Origin: Octopus vulgaris
Lineage: Eukaryota
Direction: 5' to 3'
DNA: 64,000 bases
Assembly: GCA_951406725.2 (NCBI GenBank)
Contig: OX597837.1
Coordinates: forward strand, 6,200,001-6,264,000
The notes beneath the pieces are model-generated. The model had not been told where the DNA came from and made no database searches. It was given only the letters and a program-made list of their open reading frames with translations. Positions 11,774 to 25,932 of this stretch are shown piece by piece. The translations under genes were made by a program, and so were the position numbers. How positions within the stretch are numbered: the stretch's first letter is position 1; the number at the start of each line of letters is the position of its first letter.

Positions 11774-11991
11774 CATTCATATATATATATATATTCATTT
11801 ATATATAGGTAGGTAGATATATGAGCATATACATTTCTTTTTGTATATCTACAAATTTATGCATATGTATATATACGCACACACACACACACATATATAT
11901 ATATACATACACTTGTCATCGTCTCTTTTTCTTTCTCTTCCTACATATATAAGTGTATGTATATATATTTATTTATATATATATATAAGTG

Positions 11992-12037
<46 letters not shown>

Positions 12038-12538
12038 CATATATACACATACATATATACATACATATATGCATACATACATAGCCATACGTGTATAAGC
12101 AATGTGTATATGCAAAGAAGCGCAAAACCCACACATATATATCGTAGAAAATAATAGTAGCGGATATTGGGACGATCACTGTGCCAACTGAATGAACACA
12201 CTGACTGCTGTTCACTTCATTGTTAATTGCTTATCGTGTCATAGTTTTTCTCTTTAAACATATGAAACATTTTCAATGTTCAGACTTTATAAATTTGTGG
12301 TGGTAAATTTATTGCAGAATCAATTTTTCACAATTAATTTTTCACTACTTACACTATCTCTCTCTCTAACACACACACACACTTATATACAACATTATAT
12401 ATATACATGTAACATAATATATATATATATATATATATATATACATTCACACAGACAGACACATATAAGTGTCTATCTCTCTCTCTAACACACACACACA
12501 CTTATATACAACATTATATATATATATATATATGTAAC

Positions 12539-12574
<36 letters not shown>

Positions 12575-12585
12575 TTCACACACGG

Positions 12586-12925
12586 GCATTTATAATTCAA
12601 CGGTCGTTCAACATTTGCCTCTCATTGAAAAAATGCAAAAGGCTTTTTTTTATAGGCGTAAAAAGAAGTGAAGAAAGCTAAAAGAAATCTCGCTGTTTCG
12701 CAATCTGCTTTAGAACATTTTTTCTGTCTTGAAAAGATCCATAAACACGATTACAGCGTAGTATGTGAATCAATGATTTGGCTTCACACGTTAGGCAACA
12801 AGATACCCACCAGCTTTCCCTTGCAGCGGTTAGATCTTTATATCACTGTGAATCGCTTCTCGAATCGAAGATACATTTCTAGAAGGCTGGTATCATTCTT
12901 ATGTGTCCAACTATTGTAATCACCG
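12586..12925 (+). repeat. 340 bp near-identical copy of 14016-14355
   Basis: Same sequence with one visible substitution (CGCAAT vs CGAAAT). Confidence 0.9.
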
Positions 12926-13544
12926 ACACAGACACATATAAGTGTATATGCATAGGTATATATACTAATGCATTCCACCACACACACACACACACATATA
13001 CCTATTTGCGTATGGTTGCCTTCGTATATGAATATATGTCGATGTAGTGTGTTGTGTGCAACAGTTGCAGTTACGATGCATCTATCAGCTGTGGTGCAGC
13101 TATGTGTGTACGTATGTTTGTATATGTGTATATGTGTGCCAATGTGTGAGAATCTGTGTATGCGTGCCTGTGTATGCGTGCCTGTTTAATGTTTAACGTT
13201 TGTTCCCGCTTACTTTCTTTTTTTTCGTTTAATTTTTATTGTTCTGTCAACTGCGCTGTTTTTAATTTATGGTTTTTGTGAGATAAGATTGTATAGGTTT
13301 GCGTAGATATTAAGTCAACTTTCATTCTTAGCTTCTTTATATCATATTTTATGTCTATGCAACGAAGTTTCTGTTATTGCATTGCCAGCGTTTTGTTTGT
13401 ATATCCGTCTATGTCCATGCCGGTTATTAGCTTGCTGGTGCAAAAATAATAGCTGTTCTTATTATAGGCATTGATTCATATTTTGGGAGAATCTTTTATT
13501 GAGTAATATTCTTGTAATACATCATTTCCGAAGTAAATGTTTCA

Positions 13545-13614
<70 letters not shown>

Positions 13615-13679
13615 GTGTTTATATATATATATATATATATCGTATATATATATATATATAATATATATATCGTATAGTC

Positions 13680-13733
<54 letters not shown>

Positions 13734-14015
13734 TCGTGTTTGTGGTTTTACATTCATTATTATTTATTTTATTTATTTTAAACTGGAAAATAACATAGAT
13801 ATTTGATTGATTTTAGTTTATGAGTTAAGAATGGAATTCAAGAAGCGGAACTTGATTGTAGTATTGAAGAATTTGGCCATAGAATCTTATTGAACATGTA
13901 TTTGGTTCAGAACGTTTTGTAGCGGAAACGTGGCTTTGGGAGATTAAATTGGTCACGAATGTCCGTTCGTCATCGATTGACAACGATTAATTGAGAGCTA
14001 TTATTGTGTAATTTA

Positions 14016-14355
14016 GCATTTATAATTCAACGGTCGTTCAACATTTGCCTCTCATTGAAAAAATGCAAAAGGCTTTTTTTTATAGGCGTAAAAAGAAGTG
14101 AAGAAAGCTAAAAGAAATCTCGCTGTTTCGAAATCTGCTTTAGAACATTTTTTCTGTCTTGAAAAGATCCATAAACACGATTACAGCGTAGTATGTGAAT
14201 CAATGATTTGGCTTCACACGTTAGGCAACAAGATACCCACCAGCTTTCCCTTGCAGCGGTTAGATCTTTATATCACTGTGAATCGCTTCTCGAATCGAAG
14301 ATACATTTCTAGAAGGCTGGTATCATTCTTATGTGTCCAACTATTGTAATCACCG
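14016..14355 (+). repeat. Probable donor copy of the 340 bp duplication
   Basis: Embedded in continuous unique sequence of about 13800-14850. Confidence 0.85.
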
Positions 14356-15030
14356 TCCACCATTTCGAAAATAGAGGGGAACAATTTCAAATCAGTTGCA
14401 TTGCCATGAAACGAACCGAATGCACACAGATCTGCATTCTTGGTGACTAGAAGAGATTGACCAAAACAAGAAAAAATCCTTTCCATGACAAAGGCTGTCA
14501 ACGTGCTTCACAAACGAGATAGCAGGAAATGAGCTCCGAAATTATTTCTTCTAGCATATCCCATAAATCGGAATCCATTCAAGTCCTACCTCTTCGTTTC
14601 AAACATATGGATGAATTTTCTCCAAAAATTATCAAGAAACAAATAGCAACTCAAAACGTGTAGAAAGTATTACTCGGCAACAGGACTCCGGTATACTATT
14701 CCACTAGAGTAAATGAATTGACTTCTTGTTATTAAAATTTGTAAGTTCTAATGGTTATTATTTTGATAGGCAAAAATTAATTCTGAGCTGAGAGGCACAT
14801 TACATCTAACAACGATGGTTAACAACTACACAGAGATATACTTTTCATAAAACCTGGGTATACATACGTACATACATACATACATACATACATACATACA
14901 TACATACATACTTACGTACGTACGTACATACATAATACATATATGTATGTTTGCATGTATACGCATTTGTCTGTGTGCGTGTGTGTGTGTGTGTGTTTGT
15001 GTGTGTGTGTATGTGTATGTATATATATAT

Positions 15031-15202
15031 CTCTCCGTCTTCCCTTCTTTGGATCTTTCCTTTTCCTATGTTGCTGACGAAGAGCTCGGCACGAAACGTT
15101 AAACCCTCCTTCTTCCCTTCTTTCCTGAGCGTCCAATAATACTATATTTGTTCCACGTCCTCGCGTTGTGTTTTCTCTTTGTGTTTTCATTTTGGATTAA
15201 CT
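15031..15202 (+). mobile_element. Short hammerhead-bearing element family H5 between TA microsatellites
   Basis: GTT(G)-CTGACGA-AGAGCTCGGCAC-GAAA-CG-TT-AAAC at 15070-15104. Homologous to 21105-21303. Confidence 0.6.
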
Positions 15203-15217
15203 TTATATATACATATT

Positions 15218-15263
<46 letters not shown>

Positions 15264-15264
15264 A

Positions 15265-15344
<80 letters not shown>

Positions 15345-15546
15345 GTTAGGCTTAACCGTTTCAGTTAATTAACTTTCAGATTTAGAAGTTCTTTCAAATG
15401 GCCGCTTGATATCAAGCTGGTGTCTAAAGAAGTGTGTAAACGCATAGTTAAATAACGATATAACGATATACGGCTCGGATAGATACTGTATTTTCTATGT
15501 CGTTCGTTACAACCATCGCACGCATATACATACATACATACATACA

Positions 15547-15681
<135 letters not shown>

Positions 15682-16361
15682 TTATATATTCACGTACATA
15701 AATGTGTCGGTGCATAAATACGTAGATAAATGAATGTATACAGAATCTACACAAATACGTCATTCAGTATCTACACAAATTTTTACGATTTGTTGTACGT
15801 CTCATTCTGAGACTTACAACTAGGTGAGAAACAACATCAACACAATTAGGCTATAGAAAATCTGGGAGGATTTCCTGCTGATAACTTCAGCTATATTCAT
15901 TCTACGTTTCATATTTCATTGTTGGAAGTAAGGCGACCAAAAAAATGAAAAAAAAAACAAAGAAAATTTTAAAAACTGTATTCTTCCTCGCAGTGATCCA
16001 TAGAAATGTACTGTGAATGAGAAGTGCGTGGAAAGAGAATAAAATAGAAAAAAATTGAATGAAATAAAATATACGTGTATGAATAAATAATGTAACAAAT
16101 GTGGAAGAGCGAATAAAATAAAAGCTAATATAATTCAATATAAGTAAATAAAAGACGAAATAGAAGTTTAAACAAAAATAATAAAAATGAAGACACCACG
16201 TCGGGAATGTAAAAATAATAATAATAATAAAAGAAAGACATAAAGATAGTGGAAAAATAAAATAAACATAACAAAAATAATGAAAATAAGGGGAAATATA
16301 TCTGAATGTATGCACGTGCGAATAACGAATATATATACAAACATACATACATATATATATA

Positions 16362-16425
<64 letters not shown>

Positions 16426-16647
16426 GCATATATATGTTGGCACAAAAAATACATATTTATATATATAGGTGCGTGTATATATCATACATATGGATATATG
16501 TATATATATATATATATGTAATATATGTATATATATACGTATATAAATATATATATATATCAATATATGTAAATATATATACATATGTATATATGTAAGT
16601 GTATATATTTATATTTATGTATATATATATGTGTGTGTGTGTGTAAG

Positions 16648-16678
<31 letters not shown>

Positions 16679-16908
16679 GAACATAGATAGCTGTACATAT
16701 GATATACATAATAAATAAACACTACTCCCAAAATACAACAGTATATAGGTAGGTATATGGAAGAATATGTGGATGCATATGTCTTACATGTATCAGTGTA
16801 TGTATGTATGTGTGCACGCATCTTTGTGTCTTCGAGTGTGTAGAAATGAAAAGGAGTACACCAAATACAGTATACACGCAAATGTATATGTCGTATACAT
16901 TATGAATA

Positions 16909-16954
<46 letters not shown>

Positions 16955-17098
16955 CACAAAGAGATAGACGTATACGTATATATACACACACATGTATACA
17001 CATAGATATATGCACACATGCACACACATATATATCTGTATATATATATATATATATATAAATGTATATATATGTATATATATATATATGTATATTTA

Positions 17099-17177
<79 letters not shown>

Positions 17178-17686
17178 CATATAGACCCAGATGCACACAT
17201 ACTTAGATATATTTATCTATTGAAAGCAGAGACCAAAAATTAGACCTAAATAAAAGAGTGAAAAAATCTGTATATATATATATTTAAATAGAGTTATCAT
17301 ATCTATTTACACACGCATACATACCTGTGTATGCACAAACTGAGGGACCGGGGCATAGGTATGCACAAAATTAGACTCACACATACACACAGACAGGCAC
17401 ATATACACACACACACACTCACGTATACATGACACTGTGCTTCCAATTCATCGTTAAAACTCGTTCTTCGAACACCATTATCGGAGTGAGATATATTTCT
17501 ATATCCTTGAAAACAAGAGCGGATATTAGTACGGTCACACACACACACACACAAATACACACACACGCACACACACACGCGCACACATATATATATATAT
17601 ATATTTATATATACATACATATGTATATACATCAGTCTATCCATCCTTCGATTCATACATATTTACATACATATATATTTGTATAG

Positions 17687-17812
<126 letters not shown>

Positions 17813-17929
17813 TTATATATATATATCCATATAGAAAGACAAGTATAAAAATATAATCATACATATATACATATACAAATATATACATCCAGACACAGTG
17901 TCTTTCGTCAATATCACAGGGATTGCGTC

Positions 17930-17985
<56 letters not shown>

Positions 17986-18275
17986 ATATATATATATATG
18001 TGTGCATATATGTATATATATATATGTTTGTGTGTATGTATATACAAGCACATATACTTAGATATACATATGTATATTTTAGATCTACATATATATATAT
18101 AAACGTATGTATACACGTATATGGACATAGATAGCTGTGTGTCTCTCAGTGTATATATATATATATATATATTTGTGTTTTTGTGTGTAGATATATGTGT
18201 ATGTATATATATATATATATATGTGTATACACATACATACCAGTATATATGTATATATGCATGTGTGTGTGTGCA

Positions 18276-18350
<75 letters not shown>

Positions 18351-18666
18351 GCGTGTGTCTGTGTGTCTGTGTATATGTGTATGTAAATCCATGATATATG
18401 TGTGTATTTAGAGAGACCGAAGCTGTCATATTATCCTTGATTTATTAGGAAGAATAATATATATAGACACCTCGCCTGTTAAATGAGGAACACAGTTTTC
18501 CTTTCTCCATCTTTTGTTCATATTGTTTGTTTTTTGTCTTTTTGGTCTAAATTTGATATATTTATTTATATATTATTTTGTTCGGTTATTCCCATTTTCT
18601 GTTCGTAAACACACGCAAATGCATACAAAGTATATCGATATATCTATGTATATATGTGTGTATATT

Positions 18667-18713
<47 letters not shown>

Positions 18714-18728
18714 GTATATATATGAATA

Positions 18729-18759
<31 letters not shown>

Positions 18760-19178
18760 ATGTATATGTATATATATATATATACACATATATATGTATA
18801 TGCATATATATATACATATATACATATATACTTATATACACATATATATACACATATATATATATATAATATATAATATATTTATATATATATATAAATA
18901 TACGTATATGTCTATATGTCAACCTATCTATCTATGCACGCACACACACGCACACACACTCACACTCACACACACACACATATTTGCATATATGTATGCT
19001 GTACGTGTGTGTGTCCACGGAATTATATGCGGTTCTTTTTAATTTTTTTTAATTTGCATTTCCAGTAGTGAAATTATGGTCTGTAACTCTGAAACAAATC
19101 TTTTCCATTTGAATTTTGGCATTAAGTTTATACACACACAGACACAGACACAGACACACACACTCCCACACAGCCACG

Positions 19179-19226
<48 letters not shown>

Positions 19227-19432
19227 GCCCCCACACTTACACTGACATACATACACGCACACATCGCAGCTCTGCACATATACTCCTTCATTCACACATG
19301 TATTTGTGCGTGCATTGAAAAATGTATGTGGATGTGTATACCTATGTATATACCCGAACTTTTGTTTGTCATCCAATGCGCCGTTGCGTGTTTGACTGCA
19401 TAAATCTGTAACTTGTCGGCATAATGGTGGAG

Positions 19433-19471
<39 letters not shown>

Positions 19472-19516
19472 TATATACATACATGTGTGTGTGTATTGAT
19501 ATTGATATATACATCG

Positions 19517-19635
<119 letters not shown>

Positions 19636-19745
19636 ATATTCATATATATACGTATATAAATAGATATATATGTGCGCGTCAATATACTTGATCTTAACTG
19701 AGAAATGTATGATATAAAGATGTATTTAAACGTATATTTATACAT

Positions 19746-20340
19746 CTTTGGCGGGCTGATATCCAGCGCACCCAATCCGATCCAGTGTGTCAACAACACT
19801 TTACCAAATCTAGCAAACGTTCATGCATGGAGCAAAGTTGAACCACTGTACTGTCCCTCGTGCTCTTATAGAGGATCCCTTCAAGCCCTCCTCAGCGACT
19901 GTTCCTGAGGTGATGGCCGCTACTGCTGATGTGCATAAGCGGATATCGATGTGATATCGAGCGTCATTCAGTCCAGCAAATACCACCCTAGTAAAGAAGT
20001 CACTATTTTCCTCAAAGCCTGAGATGGGACCTGCTCATTGAAACTTCGACAACCATTATAATACCTTCTTTTCATAGCCCTACCACTCTGGCAGCTGGGG
20101 GAATGTCTAAACCAGATTGTGGAATGGTGAAACTTACCACATCATGTATCAACAACAATCCACCCAGATATATTGATCTTCTCAAATTTCACCAAATAAA
20201 TGACCATATGGAAATGTAACCTGGGAGGAACATACCGGTCAACCGGGCGATTGCGTCCAACGTTGAAAGACTCAAAACATCCAGAAACTCCAGAAGCATC
20301 ACTCACAATGCATCCCGTAGCACCCGCAAGATATATCTTA
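19746..20340 (+). pseudogene. HERO-like RLE-encoding non-LTR retrotransposon 3' fragment
   Basis: [41 protein letters not shown] is a decayed CCHC knuckle. It is followed by STTIHPDILIFS...WEE (a PD..E nuclease motif) with stops and frameshifts. Confidence 0.65.
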
Positions 20341-20402
20341 AAACTACTACTACATGTACGACAGCTGCTGTTAAGTTTAGCGCTCCTGGTACTACACCAC
20401 GG

Positions 20403-20475
<73 letters not shown>

Positions 20476-21031
20476 GAGTGAGAGAGCAGTTCATGCCATC
20501 AAAGTGACACTGGGGTAAAGTATACGAAGCCCAATATACCCATCATGACTACCCGTCTGATAAAGGTACACCAGGCACATGCATCACAACCATATGTGCG
20601 CGACATGGTGATCTCATATCAAGATAAACAGTACATGACCTTGCAGGTGGGGCCCAGTTAGAATTTTCTTCAGGTTGAGTAGCCCATCCCGCTCAAACGG
20701 TCCCTGAATAAGGTTTGTTTAAGGATGTTGAAAGAACCATCCATGTTTCCAGAGGTGAACTATTCAAACCCCAAAGAATCCCTCTCAACACATGGCTATG
20801 ATGCTCCCCCACTACTTCTGCTCGTGATCAGAGATGCACATATCGTCAGCCACTAAGGGACATGCTCAACTGGTTAAGGTCAAACAACTGACAAGCAAAT
20901 CTGTGGTATTGAGCAGAATATTTGCTGTAGCCCATCTTTTATACCAAGACAAAACAATGTACATGATAACACTTCCAATCAGTTAAGATCAGAAGCCATG
21001 AGAGCCTCTGCCTGGTACTGCATCAGGGCAT
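20476..21031. mobile_element. ~555 bp non-coding element inserted within (ATT)n
   Basis: Sharp boundaries with (ATT)n on both sides, higher GC than the flanks, no long ORF. Confidence 0.55.
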
Positions 21032-21104
21032 TTATTATTATTATTATTATCATTATTATTATTATTACTATTTTCATTATTATTTAAAAAATCATTTGAT
21101 TCGA

Positions 21105-21298
21105 CTGGTGTCCTCGTGTGTACCATTGGCGATTTTTCCCCCCTCTGTCTTCCCTTCTCTGGATCTTTCCTTCTCCTATGTTTCCGACGAAGAGCTCCTC
21201 TCGAAATGTAAAACCCTCCTTCTTCCCTTCGTTCTTGACCATCTAATAATACTATATTTGTTCCACGTGCCTGCGTTGTTGTGTTTTCATGTTTGGAT

Positions 21299-21303
<5 letters not shown>
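21105..21303 (+). mobile_element. Family H5 copy with hammerhead motif
   Basis: GTTT-CCGACGA-AGAG CTCCT CTC-GAAA-TG-TA-AAAC at 21180-21214. Ends at GGATTAAC-(TA)n, like the 15031 copy. Confidence 0.62.
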
Positions 21304-21389
<86 letters not shown>

Positions 21390-21432
21390 GTATATATATA
21401 TATTTATATATATATATGTATATGTATATATA

Positions 21433-21633
21433 CCGCAGTAAGCACATAAATGTGAATCAAGGTGGAAAAAAAGAGTACTCAAATACCAGAGGTAGTGTAA
21501 TATGCTTTACTTAAAAGCAGCAGAAATATAACAAAAGCCGTTACTCTTAGTTTCACGTTCCCATCCGTAGGAGGAACGGGAGCGCGAAACTCTAAGTAAC
21601 AGCTTTTGTTATATTTCTGCTGCTTTTAAATAA
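21433..21633. mobile_element. Family H2 fold-back copy (older)
   Basis: Co-linear with 1104-1312, same left end next to (TA)n, inversion at the ribozyme core. Confidence 0.72.
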
Positions 21634-22025
21634 CGTATATATAAATATATATGTATGTATATATTTATGGCCATATATATTATCTTCCTTATATATCGTC
21701 CTATATTTAATTATCATCAAATGTCTTTTTATCTTTTGTCACTAAATCAGCTGCTCTACTTCCCTACTTAATCTTTTTACCTATAGGCTATAAGGCGGTC
21801 TATCATCATTTGTTTTTAGTATTAGATTACGTCTGTCTTTAAAAACATTTCTATATCTTGTATTATTCTGTGTTTCACTTCAACTTTAATTATATTTCTA
21901 TTAGATTAATTTTTTTAACTCTGTGTATACGCATTGTTACTGTAGGCACACACATATATACATTCTTAACTGCACCCATACATACAAATATATATATATG
22001 TATGTATTTATATATATATGTATAT

Positions 22026-22100
<75 letters not shown>

Positions 22101-22103
<3 letters not shown>

Positions 22104-22531
22104 ATAATAACAAAGAGTGAAATTAATTAATTACGAAGTAATCATTAATTTCACCAAGTAGAATTCAGCATGTAAAGGACCAATTCATGGTAAGTTAAGT
22201 AATACTAAATAATTAGGGATCAGCAAACGATTTGCCTCACCACATATGGTTGAAGAATCCTACGCTGATGAGGAAAAATAGTCAGGTAAGGTATAATTAT
22301 TTATTATTTGTGCTCTATTCTGACTTAATTCCGAAACGGGCGTCCGTAGGCAACTTATTATAGAATGATGTTCGGCATTTTTTCCCCTTCTACTTGCGTG
22401 GTTTGCTTTTGAGTGCTTCGGTTTCTCTTGGATCTCCCTTTAAAGTAGAAAGAATAGCCAAGATTTTGACTGCTATTTCTAAACTTCAGTATGTGGTGGA
22501 GCAAATCGTTTGCTGATCCCTAATTATTTAG
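22101..22531. mobile_element. Hammerhead element family H6 with partial inverted repeat, in (TA)n
   Basis: Inverted repeat 22205-22246 / 22490-22531 with (TA)n flanks. Confidence 0.72.
22259..22350 (+). ncRNA. Type I hammerhead ribozyme motif with canonical core and GUC site (H6)
   Basis: Stem I CCTACG/CGTAGG; CTGATGA 22265-22271; stem II GGAA/TTCC extended by AGTCAG/CTGACT; GAAA 22333-22336; C-GGGC-G; TC, predicted cut after 22344. Confidence 0.82.
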
Positions 22532-23014
22532 AATATATATATATATATATATGTAAATTGAGATAGGGGTTGTGAGTGCAACCCTCCATGGGATAACATA
22601 TATAACCAATATACTGCCAGTACAGCACCCAACAAAATTAATACATAAATGTTAAGAACTGCGATGCAATTAATTCATTTATTGTATTATATGGGCAAAA
22701 GTAAAATGTTTTACCGCTAATTAATAATACAAAATAAGAAAATGGAGAAATACACCTTAATCAATGATCGACTACCAGATAATACCCAATCACATAATTT
22801 ATTAACCCACTACATATTAACATCAAGGTCAAACATAATAGTATAGAACAAAAGAATGCACATCAATGAGTAATATGATACAATAAGTACAATATGTATA
22901 AGTGAATATAAATAAATATAAATATAAATATAAACATATTTTGAAGAACTCTCTCTTTGTCAGACATAGGTTCCGCACAACTTGACAAAGTACGATTCGA
23001 AGTACTCCGAGGCA

Positions 23015-23185
23015 CCCCTCGACTTACCATTATCTGCCCTCGACCGGACAGAAATAAGAGACTGCACAAATTGGTTCACTGTTCGGTGATCTCTTCCCAG
23101 TAATTTTGATATTTCTATAGTTTTTCCTTTTCCAAGCTCTGGCACGATGGTAGACTTCTCATTCGAGGTAAGATCCCATTTAAAT
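23015..23185 (-). pseudogene. Tc1-like transposase N-terminal HTH remnant
   Basis: DLTSNEKSTIVPELGKGKTIEISKLLGRDHRTVNQFV...RSRADNGKSR. Confidence 0.6.
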
Positions 23186-23528
23186 TGGGCCCCTGCCTAA
23201 TAATCCGGGACAGCAGAATTGTTGCTGCTACACATTATGGCCGCCGTTTGTTCTCGTCTGCGCAGATCCGATTTATTTTAACTGAATATGCGCAGATCGG
23301 TGGTGCCAACAGTCAGTGGGAAAAGAACTGGTTTCGGATGAGTATACATTTATTTATTGAGAGAAGATTGGTTTGTCCAACAATGTAAAAGGCAGTGTAT
23401 ATATAGTATATATAGAGATAGATCGATAGATAGAGATATATACATATTTATGTATACATATACCTATATGCTAAGCATATTGTTCAATATCATAATGATA
23501 CAGCTAGCTAGTAATTATATTTTTTTTT

Positions 23529-23776
23529 TGCGCCCTTTTAAAACCTAGCCTGTCTCAAGGGCCCGGTTTCCCGGTTTTTATGGCGTATGTGTTCCCCAGC
23601 TGGACGGGTCGCCAGTCTAGCGCGGCGTTACTCATTTTTGCCAGCTGAGTGGACTGGAGCAACGTGAAATGAAGTGTTTTGCTCAAGAACACAACGCGTC
23701 GCCCGGTCCAGGAATCAAAACCACAATCTTACTATCATGGGGCTGACACCCTAACCCACTAGCCACGCGCCTCCAC
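23529..23776 (-). mobile_element. tRNA-derived SINE family D (V-domain-like)
   Basis: tRNA-like head plus a GACTGGCGACCCGTCCAG block. Homologous to 27726-27972. Confidence 0.75.
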
Positions 23777-23782
23777 AAATTA

Positions 23783-23869
<87 letters not shown>

Positions 23870-24987
23870 GACGAGGGGCTGCTGAGAAGTCCCTGGATTT
23901 GACTAGAAGGAAGTAGAAGGGGATCAGTTAATTATGATTTTGATCAAGATTCACTCACTTATTACTGATGTCCTTCAGTTTTTCTAAACCCAGGAATCGA
24001 AACCACAATCTTCCGATCATGATGCTGACACCCTAACAACTAAGCCACGTACCTCCACTATTAATTATATTGCAAACTTTTATTTATTCATCAGTGTTTA
24101 ATGGAATTTACACGAAATCCAATCAGTTTGTTATAAATACAAGCCATCCTTTAATGCTCGAATTATAAAAATGTAATTCCCGCAAAGCCAAACTTTTGTA
24201 TACCTATATTACGAACCACTGTTTGCATGTTTGTGAATTTGTGCTGTAAATGTCCACAATCCTTTTTGAAAGTTCTTCTTTGTTTACTCAGTAAATAATG
24301 CAAGAGGTTAGACCCATATTTAATTGTATACATAATTTAGAATTCCTATAAAGGGATTTATGCATACGTTGTTGATTCAGTATGTTCTATTCAAGCCTGT
24401 AGAATTTTATTAATCCTCCAGGGACAACTTCGAACCGCAGTGAGAAATCCAGCATAAAAATTACGATGTTTTGTGTAACGTTTCAAGATAAAAGGCGCGA
24501 GCGTGGACGTGTGGTAAGAATGGTCGCAGGCATGGCTTTGTGGTAAGAAGTTTGGTTCGCAGCTACATGTTTCTGAGTTCGGTCCCACTGTGTAGCATCT
24601 GGATATTGGGTTTTCTACATTGTGGCTAGATTTGGCAGTCTGAAACTAAAAGAAACCTGTCATATATATATATTTACCTTATATTAAACTTTTTATACTT
24701 TTTGATAGTTATATAATTTAAAGAAAAAAAATTATTAAAATAAATAAATAAATAAAATAAAATAATAATAATAATATATATATATATTTATATATATATA
24801 TTTAAAATTTATTAGTTTAAATTATTAATTTAAATAATTTTTAAAATTTTAACTTTAATTTAAATATTTTAATTTGGAATTTTATATTTTATATTTTTCA
24901 TATATTTTTAAATTAATTTTATTTCTATGTATTGGCTTATGATTTTCACTGTTTGATTTGCCTAGTAGTGGTTTTATCTCTAATTTA

Positions 24988-25046
<59 letters not shown>

Positions 25047-25056
25047 TTTGTGTTTG

Positions 25057-25088
<32 letters not shown>

Positions 25089-25932
25089 GAAGAAGAAGAA
25101 GAAGAAGAAGAAGAAGAAGAAGAAGAAGAAGAAGAAGAAGAAGAAGAAGAAGAAGAAGAAGAAGAAGAAGAAGAATTGATATGAAAGATATAATTCAGAA
25201 ATTTTGATCAAAATTCTGCAAAACGAACACAGTATGTAACAAAATACAACAGAATCAAAGTTTAGCTCAGCCGTGGAATTACTGACCAACATAATCCGAT
25301 TTAAAACGACAAACAACAACAACAACAACAGTGGCAAAAATATGAATGTAAGAAATATCAGAAGGATTTAAGAATAGGAAATTCTTACGACGGAAATTAT
25401 GAATATGGCATTATTTCATGGGAGGAAATATTTAAAGAATTCGAATTGATTAAAGAAAATTCATACGAACCAACGAAAAGATCTCCTGAGAATAAAAACT
25501 TATAGAATTGCACGAACGGTAAGAAATGCGTGTACGGCTCTGACAGATTACAGATTTATAATTGGAAATAATCATGGATGGTGTTCTTCTCTTTTCCACA
25601 GCCAACCAGGAAGATGGTCTCGAGAAACTTGAAAGGCGAGATTAAGGATTCTCTTTAAAGATCCCCTCATTTTGCTGATTATATCAAAATAAATTTACCT
25701 ACGTTTCATATTCGAATGACATTTTGCACTTATTGGCTATGCTTGCAAGATATTGAAAGATCGTCTCTTCGGAATATTGTATCAATTTGGTCCATTGGTA
25801 CTGTGTAGAGATGCAGCTATTTATCACTAAATTCTAACTATCCATTTGGATTGATTCCCTAATTAACAGATCTGACATAGATTACCGTTGATGTTTGGCT
25901 TCAAAACTATTCACCTCTGTTCCCTTCTTATA

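Noticed and set aside
12668-14501. Duplicated 83 aa ORF and overlapping 77 aa ORF as genes
   Set aside because: The identity comes from a recent DNA duplication, and there are no recognisable motifs.
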